This document shows, one piece after another, positions 24,201-35,800 of a stretch of 64,000 nt of DNA. Position 1 is the stretch's first letter; every line of letters starts with the position of its first letter. Position numbers and translations under genes: made by a program. The notes beneath the pieces are model-generated. The model searched no databases, had not been told where the DNA came from, and worked only from the letters and a program-made list of their open reading frames with translations. The stretch is from Macrostomum lignano (taxonomy: Eukaryota), in assembly GCA_002269645.1 (NCBI GenBank), contig NIVC01000562.1, forward strand, positions 62,001 through 126,000, given 5' to 3'.

Positions 24201-25420
24201 CAAAATTGTTGCTCCAGGGTGCACACAATCTTTTAGTATAGCATTTCGACTCACAATATTGGGCAGTCTCACTTCGAAAGTGAGCTTCTCGACGTCGTTA
24301 GCGCTTCCCATTCTGCCAAGGCTTCAGTCCGGGCTAGCAGTAGCTTGATTTAGTCTGATTCTCCAAGCTGTTAGATCACAGCACGCAGTTTGGAAAGTGG
24401 CAGCTTTCAACTTTATAGCGCTAGCTGGGTAAACAACAGTAAAGGCAGATAGGCAGACTGGCGGCTTCCGAACTGAAAACTGTCTCTAAACCGCGCGCTC
24501 AGTCCGACCCCGGATAGTTAAGCGTGAACGAGCTGATATTTCGCATCCACCATTTAAAGCTGCTTAGATTTAAAGCCTTCCGCCGCTCCACCTCTCTCTC
24601 TCTATCTCTCGCCTTTGCCCCCATTGGCTTGGCCATTGTGCGCCAGCGAACTTTCAATCCGAGCTTCGCTCAGCAACTTTGATATAAACTGAATGTACAA
24701 GCGTGCACACAACGTGCACGCGGTCAAACGAGCTCCATTTATAATTTATGACTACACTGTACCGCCGCAGCCTATGCGCAAATGCGGGGGTGAGAGACAC
24801 AGACAGATAGGAGAACTCTCTGCCGCGCTACAAGAAAAGCATTCAGCTTTCTTACTTCTATAGCTACTTCAGACTAAAAATGCCTCACTTCTTTCAAGCC
24901 TATTGCCAGTTGAAACTCGGGAACTTCAGCCTTAATTATTCTTTCTAAGTTTCTTCTTGGAACTTTATTCGCCCTTCATTTCGGCGCTTGATTGTTATAG
25001 GCCTAGGGCAAAGCCAGCATTGGGGAATCGGGGTTAAGTTGCTGGTTTAGATGCGCGTAGATGCCAGATGTTTTGTCTGTATAAGTCTTTATATCCTTGC
25101 TTCACCTGCTTCACTCCTTGCTGACTCACATACGATCGAGCATACACGCACAACGCCCACGCCTGAGCCTCAGGCACGTAGGCATTAAGTGTATAAGATT
25201 TCTCTATTGTAGAAAAAATTCAAATGGTAAGTTTGACATCCTGAAAAGCGCCAATGCTTTCTAGAGAAAACTGTTTGGGAGGCAGGTGAGTTAATTAATG
25301 CCAGGCTATTAATTAGCACTTTAGAGGAAAGTTTTTTTATGATTTTTTATAAGCATGCCAGATGCCATAAGATAAGATAGGATATGATAACTGACAAGTA
25401 GTGATTTTTAGAGGTTTTGG

Positions 25421-25700
25421 CAAAGTGGTTAGAGCGTCGGACTCACGACTTGAAGGTCGGGGGTTCGATTCCGATTCCACTGGAAGAATTCGCGTCCTTG
25501 AGCAAGACACTTAACTCTGCATTGCTTCAGTTCACCCAGCTGTAAAATGGGTGCCAGCATTAGCTGGGGTAATTGAGGGTGTGTGTGGCCACCCCCAGTC
25601 CTTGGACTGAACAGCCGTACGCAGCCTTCAGATGCGCGGCTGAGCTGTCGGTTGCACATCTGGCCATTAGAGCAAGTGTAATCAATTAGTATTATTATTA
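25421..25700 (+). mobile_element. tRNA-derived SINE family B with CORE-like central domain, (ATT)n tail
   Basis: GTGGTTAGAGCG...GGTTCGATTCC head, then CCTTGAGCAAGACACTTAACTCT...CAGCTGTAAAATGGG, resembling the CORE-SINE domain. Confidence 0.8.
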
Positions 25701-25834
25701 TTATTATTTAGCAACTTAAGATAGACTAAAACTTCAGTTTTAGTATACTCGCATTGGATTGATTTGCAAGGCAGGTAAAATATGCTTTCTACTATTTTAA
25801 CATATAGACATAGACATATATACATATTAACATA

Positions 25835-26976
25835 TAGATACAGACAATGGTAGATTGTGTCTGTGGTTTTGGAGTCAGACAAAGGTAGAAGGTGTCTATG
25901 GTTTTGGAGTCAGACAATGGTAGATTGTGTCTATGGTTTTGGAGTCAGACAATGGTAGATTGTGTCTGTGGTTTTGGAGTCAGACAATGGTAGATTGTGT
26001 CTGTGGTTTTGGAGTCAGACAATGGTAGATTGTGTCTATGGTTTTGGAGTCAGACAATGGTAGATTGTGTCTATGGTTTTGGAGTCAGACAATGGTAGAT
26101 TGTGTCTGTGGTTTTGGAGTCAGACAATGGTAGATTGTGTCTATGGTTTTGGGGTCAGACAATGATAGATTGTGTCTATGGTTTTGGGGTCAGACAATGG
26201 TAGATTGTGTCTATGGTTTTGGAGTCAGACAATGGTAGATTGTGTCTGTGGTTTTGGAGTCAGACAATGGTAGATTGTGTCTATGGTTTTGGAGTCAGAC
26301 AATGGTAGATTGTGTCTATGGTTTTGGAGTCAGACAATGGTAGATTTTGTCTATGGTTTTGGAGTCAGACAATGGTAGATTGTGTCTATGGTTTTGGGGT
26401 CAGACAATGGTAGATTGTGTCTATGGTTTTGGAGTCAGACAATAGTAGATTGTGTCTGTGGTTTTGGAGTCAGACAATGGTAGATTGTGTCTATGGTTTT
26501 GGGGTCAGACAATGGTAGATTGTGTCTATGGTTTTGGAGTCAGACAATGGTAGATTGTGTCTGTGGTTTTGGAGTCAGACAATGGTAGATTGTGTCTATG
26601 GTTTTGGAGTCAGACAATGGTAGATTGTGTCTATGGTTTTGGAGTCAGACAATGGTAGATTTTGTCTATGGTTTTGGAGTCAGACAATGGTAGATTGTGT
26701 CTATGGTTTTGGAGTCAGACAATGGTAGATTGTGTCTATGGTTTTGGAGTCAGACAATGGTAGATTGTGTCTATGGTTTTGGAGTCAGACAATGGTAGAT
26801 TGTGTCTGTGGTTTTGGAGTCAGACAATGGTAGATTGTGTCTATGGTTTTGGAGTCAGACAATGGTAGATTGTGTCTATGGTTTTGGAGTCAGACAATGG
26901 TAGATTTTGTCTATGGTTTTGGAGTCAGACAATGGTAGATTTTGTCTGTGGTTTTGGAGTCAGACAATGGTAGATT
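25835..26976. repeat. Minisatellite, 35-bp unit (GACAATGGTAGATTGTGTCTATGGTTTTGGAGTCA)
   Basis: Direct inspection, ~32 copies. Confidence 0.97.
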
Positions 26977-28312
26977 GTGTACTTTTATTGTTATTAATGC
27001 TGTTTTCGTGGTTGCTGCTATTTTTTCTTGTTTTGTGCTTGTTTCGTTCCTACTATTGTTGTGTTGTTGTTATCGTTCTTATAAGCGTTGTTGTATTGGT
27101 GGTAGTAAATTCCGCTGTTAGTAACCTTTTTATACTACTGAAATATGTGTAGCAATTTTTTAAACTAAATTAAACGCATTAAACCATCGTCTAGAAGCTA
27201 TTGAGCAACCACTTCACCCCAAATATCCATACCGGATCTCTGGTTTTGCTTCATTTCTTATACTCGTAAAATTTTGCCCATCCAACATCCAGCCTGATAC
27301 TAGATGCGGTTCTACAGATCCTACCCAGACCCGGCACCAAAAACCTCTTTGCTATTTTTCGAGTAGTCCTCTACTGCAGACACAGGCCGCACAGCCAAGG
27401 CTTGAAGCTGGTTGCGGTTTACCTGGGCGCATACACAGGCCGCGCATGTTTGCATGTGCAATTTGCATAGCCACAGATAGCCCAGCTAGCTACTGTTTTT
27501 GATCTTCTTCTAGGATTAGCAGACAGCACACAGAATCGGGGCCGGCCCCTCTTAGTTCATAATCGCGCAATAACCAAAATGTTGTTTGCTTGCTCCCTTG
27601 CTTGCAGACAATGATAAGGCAAAGACAAAGTGTAGAGAGAGGCATGGTGGTCAGTTAGGGAATCAGGCTCCCGGATGCCGGGCAGATAAACACATGAGAG
27701 AGAGACAGAGAGAAAGAGAGTGGGACAAAGGAGAAAAAAGTCAAACGATATCCCACTCCACGCAGCCGTCCGGTTGATTTTAGAATAGAATAAATTCTGT
27801 GTTGTTGGGACCTGCTAATTACTATGGTGGGGTAATGTATGAATTTTGGGGGTCGGATTGTTGGTCATTTAGACTTGTACTGCTTTTATCTGGACATCTT
27901 AGTAAAGCTTGATTGCGATGGGGCAGTGCAAACAGGTGCTGGTGAGATGGATCCTATATAGGCATCTACAGGCGCTGGCATGTTCCACTGCGCCGGCAAC
28001 TCAGCGGGGACTCCCCTGTGATCTTTGCCGATTAGCTATCTTATTTCTTTGGTTGGAAGGCAGAGGATTCTTCCGAGTGGGATGCGCCTGGCAACCAGGA
28101 GATTCTCTGGTCTAATTATCCGCGCCCTCGTCGCGGGGGGTCCTTCGGATTCTGGAACGGGGGAGGAGAAATGCGAAAAACAGTATAGCCAGTTCGTGTT
28201 CTTAGTTGTAAGACAATTGTGCAATGCTTTCTGCTTTAAGTTTCTGATTATTATATTTATTGCTATTATCATTATAGTTATAACTACGAGTACTATTAAT
28301 ATTAGTAGTAGT

Positions 28313-28680
28313 AGGGGGGGAGAAAGGGAGGGGCAGAGGGAGAGAGAGAGGAGAGGGAAAGGTAGAGGGAGAGGAGGAGACAGAGAGGGAGAGGGGGAGA
28401 GGGAGAAGAGAGGGTAGAAGGGAGAGGGAGAGGGGAGAGGGAGAGGAGAAGAGGGAGAGGAGAAGAGGGAGAGGAGAGAGGGAGAGGAGAGAGGGAGAGG
28501 AGAAGAGGGTAAGGAGAGAGGATGGGGAGAGAGGGAGAGGAGAGAGGGTGAGGAGAGAGGGAGAGGAGAGAGGGAGAGGAGAGAGGGAGAGGAGAGAGGG
28601 AGAGGAGAGAGGGAGAGGAGAGAGGGAGAGAGGAGAGAGGGAGAAGGGAATAGATGAGAGGAAGGGAAGTAGAGAGCGAG
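28313..28680. repeat. Polypurine (GA-rich) tract
   Basis: GGAGAGGAGAGAG-type units; almost no pyrimidines over ~370 bp. Confidence 0.95.
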
Positions 28681-29964
28681 AGAGTTGCGGTAAAATCGGG
28701 AGATAGAGAAAGGAAGTGCAGTAAGGAGAGCATCACCCTCTTTCAGCGCCTCAATCTTTGATTAAAATTCGGCAGTAGCTGCTGATGCAACAGAATGGAG
28801 GGGGCAGTTCAGCTAGTTGCAACAATAGTACAAAATCCAATCAGATTTGACATCAGCAATTCTAGATAAGCAACAAAAGCAAACATGATATTCAAATTCA
28901 TTAGATTGGCGCAGGTTGATGCCGCTCGCCCCGACGTCACCAGCGCCCGACTCCACGCCGCCGTCGCCGCCGTTGACGCCGTCATTCCCTCCGGCGTGAC
29001 GCCAGGTCCATCTTGCGCAGCGGCGGGAGGGGCAGCCGGCGAAATGAAGTGCGGACGCATAAGAAGCAGTCGCTGGTCCCACGCAGCTGCTATTCGGGAT
29101 GACGAGAAGAGGAGGCCGAGAGGCCCCCGGGGGTCGCATTATAGGAAAAGTGGAGCCGCGCTGTTTATCCTACGGGCCGTACCTTGATAGCTAGAACTGT
29201 TCAAACTGATCAGCGCAGTACGGAATTGAAACTGGACGATGGGAAAGCGAGTGGAAATGAGGATATGAAAATTGCAATGAATCTGTGGGGGCGCGGGTCA
29301 GGACTCGAGAGGCCGCTGTGACCCACCGCATTCCGCCACTAGAAGTGGAAGAGAGCTTTTTTTCTTATTTGCCCGGCTTTCTTCTGCTCTCTGGCTACTC
29401 GATATAGATTTGCAGCTAGCTTTCTCCTGCCTCTCTTCTGGCCCCGCCGCTTTTCTTCTAGGCGGGGGGTCGCGATGAGGACGGCGGAGTCTGGAGAGGG
29501 GTCACCGGAGCCTGAGGGACCTTGATGGCTGCATCGACATGATTACAGTTTGCTTTCCGCTTTGATTTGCTTTGATAGCACTGGCGCTAGCTGGGCCGTC
29601 TGGCTTTTTCTCTTTTTTTCTTGGGTCCAATGGTTTCAGTTGATATACAGAGCATGAAACTTGAAAGAAACTTGACAGAAAACTAAATTATATCGTTCTA
29701 GGTGAATCATTTAGCTGCCGCTTAACTACCTTATTCCCGGCGTTTAACTGTGGCATTTTGGCGCTTAATAACCTTATCCTGACGTCTGGCGATAGACTGA
29801 ACTACTAAACTACCGCCTCTAAACTGGCAGCTTTTGAAAGTGGATCTTTTAGGCGCTTGCCAAATCCCTTCCTTTTATGAAGCTTAGCTAAGATTAGCTA
29901 ACTATGACCCTGACGCTTGGCTATTCTTTGCAATAAATAACTTTGTGTTAGATCCTTGTTGGAA

Positions 29965-30668
29965 CCTAACTACTCATTATTAGAGCTTAACTACTCATTA
30001 TTGGAGCTTAACTGCTCATTATTGCAGCTTAAGTACTCATTATTGGAGCTCAACTACTCATGATTGGAGTTAAACTACTCATAATTGGAGCTTAACTAGT
30101 CATTGTTGGAGCTTAATTACTCATTATTGGAGTTAAACTACTCATAATTGGAGCTTAACTACTCATTGTTGGAGCTTAATTACTCATAATTGAAGCTTAA
30201 CTACTCATTATTAGAGCTCAACTACTCATTATTAGAGCTCAACTACTCATTATTAGAGCTCAACTACTTATAATTGAAGCTCAACTACTCATTATTAGAG
30301 CTTAATTACTCATAATTGAAGCTTAACTACTCATTATTAGAGCTCAACTACTCATTATTAGAGCTCAACTACTTATAATTGAAGCTCAACTACTCATTAT
30401 TAGAGCTTAATTACTTATAATTGAAGCTCAACTACTCATTATTAGAGCTTAACTACTTATAATTGAAGCTCAACTACTCATTATTAGAGCTTAACTACTC
30501 ATTATTGGAGCTAAACTACTCATTGTTGGAGCTTAATTACTCATAATTGAAACTTAACTACTCATTATTAGAACTCAACTACTCATTATTAGAGCTCAAC
30601 TACTCATTATTAGAGCTTAGCTACTCATAATTGGAGCTTAGCTACTCATAATTGGAGCTTAACTACTC
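29965..30668. repeat. Minisatellite, 21-bp unit (TAACTACTCATTATTAGAGCT)
   Basis: Direct inspection. Confidence 0.95.
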
Positions 30669-31829
30669 ACATCTTATCGCTTATCGTTTCAAGCGTTTGA
30701 ATCCATCCATACTTTCATGCCAAAGTCGAGAAACGAGAAAATAATTAAAAACGCCGAAACTAAACTGCAGAAAACATTTTGTCGAACTCGGACAGGCGTC
30801 TCATTATCCAGCAGTAAAAGCGGCCGCCCTGTCATTACGGCCCCGCTGGTGGGCCATAAACAAAGCGCGACCCCCCACCACACCAGCAGCTATCAACCTC
30901 TTCTCCCTCTTGCTTTATTGCCTAATTCACTGCTTTCCCCCTTTTTTCCTTTATTTTCGTTCTAAAGGAAGGAAAGCGCAGCACACCAGTCACAAATCCG
31001 GTGTCGAATCGCTAATCACTGATGGGGCGTGAATAGCTATACAGCTTCCCGGTCTCTCCAGACAAGAATTCGCAGATAGCTGGGTTGGTGGCTCAGCCGA
31101 AATGCCGAAATTCTTATTGAAGAAAGCGGCACGGAGAGGCTGAGGGGGGTGTGCTTTAGCTGACCTGCCAGGAGACAAAAGCCTCCCATAAACCACCTGT
31201 TGCTGCTCTTTTCCACTCCGGCTATCCCCACCATGGTAACACGCGAGCCTGAGCAATAAATTCGAATATATCTCTTCTTTTCAAAGCGGAGACAACAAGC
31301 CAGATAAATTACACGGCCAGTGCTGGGATTTCCCAACTTTCCAATAAATCCACCCTAACCATCGGAACAGGCGCGCGCAATGGCCGCCCAACGTTTCGGT
31401 AGGGTTTCGGTTGCTGCCAAGTAGAAACTATCTTGCAATCTTCTGCTAGGAGAAGCAGATTCGTAACGCTGCAGAAACACAGGGGGAGTGGAAGGAGAAG
31501 GAGATGGATTGGGAAAGCAAAACTGTGGGCGGGTTGTCAGTTTTGCTAATTAATTTATACACGGGAATCGGTGTTGTTGATTCGAGTGGAATCGAGAGGG
31601 TGGGAGGCAAAGCCGGCCTCCCCACCTGCTGCCGAGGTTCCGGCCTCACTTAGTGTTGTTCTTTTTCCAGCGATAACACATGTAAAATTCGCACCCGTAT
31701 AAGAACCATGCAGTCACGGCTAGCCAATGCAGGCACTGCTGGAACATTTGCTTTGAAAATATTTTAATGTTTGCAACTATTCCGATATACTAAAATCCAC
31801 GCCTAAGAATCACGTCCGAACTTTCGGAT

Positions 31830-32265
31830 CCTCGAGCTTTCCCATCCTCCTTCGAGCTTTCCCATCTTCTAATGAGCTTTCATATCTTCTATTGAGCTTT
31901 CCCATCTTCTATCGAGCTTTCCCATCCTCTATCGAGCTTTCCCATCCTCTATCGAGCTTTCTCATTCTATATCGAGCTTTCCCATCCTCTATCAAGCTTT
32001 CCCACCCTCTATCGAGCTTTCCCATCCTCTATCGAGCTTTCCTACCCTCTAATGAGATTTCCCATTTTCTAATGAGCTTTCCCATCTTCTAATGAGCTTT
32101 CATATCTTCTATTGAGCTTTCCCATCTTCTATCGAGCTTTCCCATCCTCTATATCGAGCTTTCCCATCCTCTATCGAGCTTTCCCATCCTCTATCGAGCT
32201 TTCCCATCCTCTATCGAGCTTTCCCATCCGCTATCGAAATTTCCCATTTTCTATCGAGCTTTACC
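31830..32265. repeat. Minisatellite, 20-bp unit (TCGAGCTTTCCCATCCTCTA)
   Basis: Direct inspection. Confidence 0.95.
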
Positions 32266-32834
32266 ATTATCGAAATTTGCCATCGTTATACATACTAAAA
32301 ATATAAATGTCCAAGATAAGAATACTTCAATTCTAATCCAATTATGAAGCAATAAAACTCAAGTTCAAATATTTGCTGAGCAGAAATTTTACTTTAACGA
32401 ATCAAACGAGTTGAACTGCAGAGATTCGGGCCTCGGCTCAGCTCACTTGAAAGCAGAACAATAACATATCAGGCAAGGGGACAACTTCATTATAGAATCA
32501 TTCCACGATATAAAGATCCGTTAAGAGTGGATAGTAATACAATTTTCCTGCGCATAGTATCTGACAGATTTGAAAATAATATTAGCAAGCAGTGTGACAG
32601 GCTGTATGATGCAGATTCCCCTATTTGCAGGACGTGAAACCACACAATATGCAATGCCAAAACAAAATTGAAACAGAAAAGCAAAAGTACGTTGTGAACT
32701 ATAATATGGGCAATAATTAATAGATAGATTACAAATAGCCTCAGTTCAGTTTAGAAGCGGTTATAAGGGGAACAGCAGGTTGTTAATGTTGTAATAAGGC
32801 GATTCTCCTTCATTTGTACCTGAAGCCGCGGTTA

Positions 32835-35800
32835 TCACTTGTCCAGCTGCAGGGCAGGATGATGATACGGCGACCGAGGCACGGCCAGGCACCATATTCC
32901 GCGGTTAGCAACCGGATGCTGCGGCTGCTGCTGTGGCTGGAGCTGCTGATGATGCTGGTACTCCACGAGCTGCTGGTGCTGCTGATGAAAATGATGCTGC
33001 AGGTGGTGCAGGTGCGGCTGAAGATGCTGCTGATGCTGCAGATGGTGCTGAAGGCTCTGCTGGTGCAGGTGCTGGTGCAGATGCTGGTATTGATGCTGTT
33101 CGGCCGCCTCCAACTTGGTGGCGACGCTGCCATTACGCTGAAGGTCAGCGGCGTCGTCAACGAGAGGCGAATCTGGCGAGAAACTCTGCTGATGATCACC
33201 TGACAGAAATTCGTTTTGATTGGGGAGGATTCTGCGATTCGACTGCATTGAGTGATGGGCTGGGGAGAGTGAGGTCCATTGCACTGCATTGAGTGATGGG
33301 CTGGGGAGAGTGAGGGTCCATTGCACTGCATTGAGTGATGGGCTGGGGAGAGTGAGGTCCATTGCACTGCATTGAGTGATGGGCTGGGGAGAGTGAGGTC
33401 CATTGCACTGCATTGAGTGATGGGCTGGGGAGAGTGAGAGTCCATTGCATTGCAGAGAGAGAGTGAGGGTCCATTGCACTGCAGAGAGAGTGAGGGTCCA
33501 TTGCACTGCAGAGAGAGTGAGGGTCCATTGCACTGCAGAGAGAGTGAGGTCCATTGCACTGCAGAGAGAGTGAGGGTCCATTGCACTGCAGAGAGAGGGT
33601 CCATTGCACTGCAGAGTGAGGGTCCATTGCACTGCAGAGAGAGTGAGGGTCCATTGCACTGCAGAGAGAGTGAGGGTCCATTGCACTGCAGAGAGAGTGA
33701 GGGTCCATTGCACTGCAGAGTGAGGGTCCATTGCACTGCAGAGAGGCAGCTAGGCTGCTGAGCTCACCTGAGTCAGTCGAGTGAGCCCCCGGATGCCGGC
33801 CAGTGTCCATTGCAGCTCCGACATTCCTCCTGACGCTGTCATCGTCGTCCTCGTCAGCGTCGGCTTCGTCGCCGCCGCCGGCGTCCTCGTCGACGCCCTC
33901 CTCGGACTTGGTTTTCGGCGTCCAGGTCATGCGGTTCTCCTTTTTTAGTCGGCGGCGGGCGTTTGCGAACCAGGTGGACACCTGGGATGAGAAAGAGGAG
34001 ATTGGTTTTACTTTTGGTCAGTTAGATGGGTCATTTGTAAGTTTTGGTGGGTGGGTCGAGCTTGGGTCACCTGCCGCTTTACTGGGTCGAGTTTGGGTCA
34101 TCTGTTAGTTTAGTGGGTCGAGCTTGGGTCATCTATAAGTTTAGTGGCTCAAACTTTGGTAATCTTTCAGTTTAGCAGGTCGAGTCTGGGTCGAGTCTGG
34201 GTCGAATCTGGACCAGTTCCAGCCAAAATTTAGAGCAGGCTCTCACCTGAGTCAGCGTCATCTTAGTAATGATGGCCAGCATAATCTTCTCGCCCTTAGT
34301 CGGGTAGGGATTCTTCAAGTGCTCCTGCAGCCAGGCCTTCAGCGTAGCCGTGCTCTCCCTGGTGGCATTTTTCCGGCGCGCTCCGTCCAGAGCCGCGGCG
34401 CCGGCACCCGCGGCGGCCGCTGCCGCGTACGGATAATAGGGGTCGTAGGCCGGCGCGTAGGTCGAGGTCACGCCGCCTGGGCCGCCCGCGCCGCCGGGTC
34501 TCCAGCAGCTGCCGGCGGCCGCGGCCGCGGCGGCCTCGCGACGCATCTGGTGATGGGCGGCAGCGGCCGACATGGACATCGACATCGCTGCCGCGCCGGG
34601 CTGCGGAGATCGGTGATGGGTGAAGAAATTCGATATTAAGCTGAAGCGCCGTGGATTCTGGGCCGGAAGCCAGGGATGAGGTATTAAAGAATGGCCCTTA
34701 CTAAATGACCTTAAGAGTTTTGCAGCGGGCCTGAAATTCTTATCATCAGTTGTGTCAGAAGCTCCGGACGCTTCGTTTCTTAGAAAGTATTCTTAAAACT
34801 GTAACGTATTTTTTAACAAAAGAATTGTGGAATGGATTAGCCAGTGGGTGGTGTCCACGCACAGAGAAGGGTGGGCGGACGCCTCCGACTGCCGTCCCCT
34901 GTCCCCCCCAGCCCTCTGAAGTGTCCTGCTTGAACTCAACTACAGAGACATCCGGGTGGCAACCATGGCCCTCTCAGGTCATGGCTTTTATGGTGGGGAT
35001 CGCTACCTCCATTCTGCCTTCATTCACAGGTGTTCTTCATCTGTGAATGCCTCGCCTTTATTGAAGATAGGCCAATCGGCCAATCTACCACTTCGACGTT
35101 TTCAGGCCCGAGAATCTCTGCCACCTGCCGTCTTCTGCTACCTAAGGGCTACCCAGCGAGCAACCGTCCACCTCCTGGACTCTTTCGGGGGGGAGCAGCA
35201 TTGGCACCACCGGATCTCCCTGAGCGGAACCGCAGCACTAGCTCTGCCCGTGGCTGGTGCCGACGTCTCCTCCCTGCATCCGGACGCCCGGAACCCGCTG
35301 GCTGCAGCTGAGCCAAGTGAAGTAAACATCCCGCCCTTCTACATTGATTGTCCAGGGTCGGCTTTTAATATTTAAACCCTCAATTCGCAGCGCACCTGTA
35401 GTCTATGGTAGAAACTGTCAGCGGGCGAGGCGGCGGCCGCAGCGGCGGCCACTCCCGGATGGTGGTGCTGGTGGTGGTGTGAGCCGGTCAGAGGGAAATA
35501 TCCATGATGATAGCCGCTGCCGGACCCGTAGAAAGCGGCGGCCGCGGCGGCGGCGGTCGGGTCGTACGGGAAGCCGGCGATTGACGATGACGACGACGTG
35601 GAGGCGGCCGCGGCTGCCGCGGCGGCTGCGGCGGCTGCAGCGGCGGCGGCAGCCACGGATGTTGATGGCTCCGAATCTGGTGACCCAGCCGAGCCGCCCA
35701 TTGGCAGCGGGGGAGGCGAAGCCTTTGAAGAAGAGAAAAGTTTTGGTGATTTTGGATTTAGGCTAAAAACATTTTTCAACCTACCGACAATTTTTAAAAA

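Noticed and set aside
28809-29187. GC-rich ORFs downstream of IRX
   Set aside because: No recognisable domain or consistent splice signals; overlapping ORFs on both strands are expected in GC-rich DNA.
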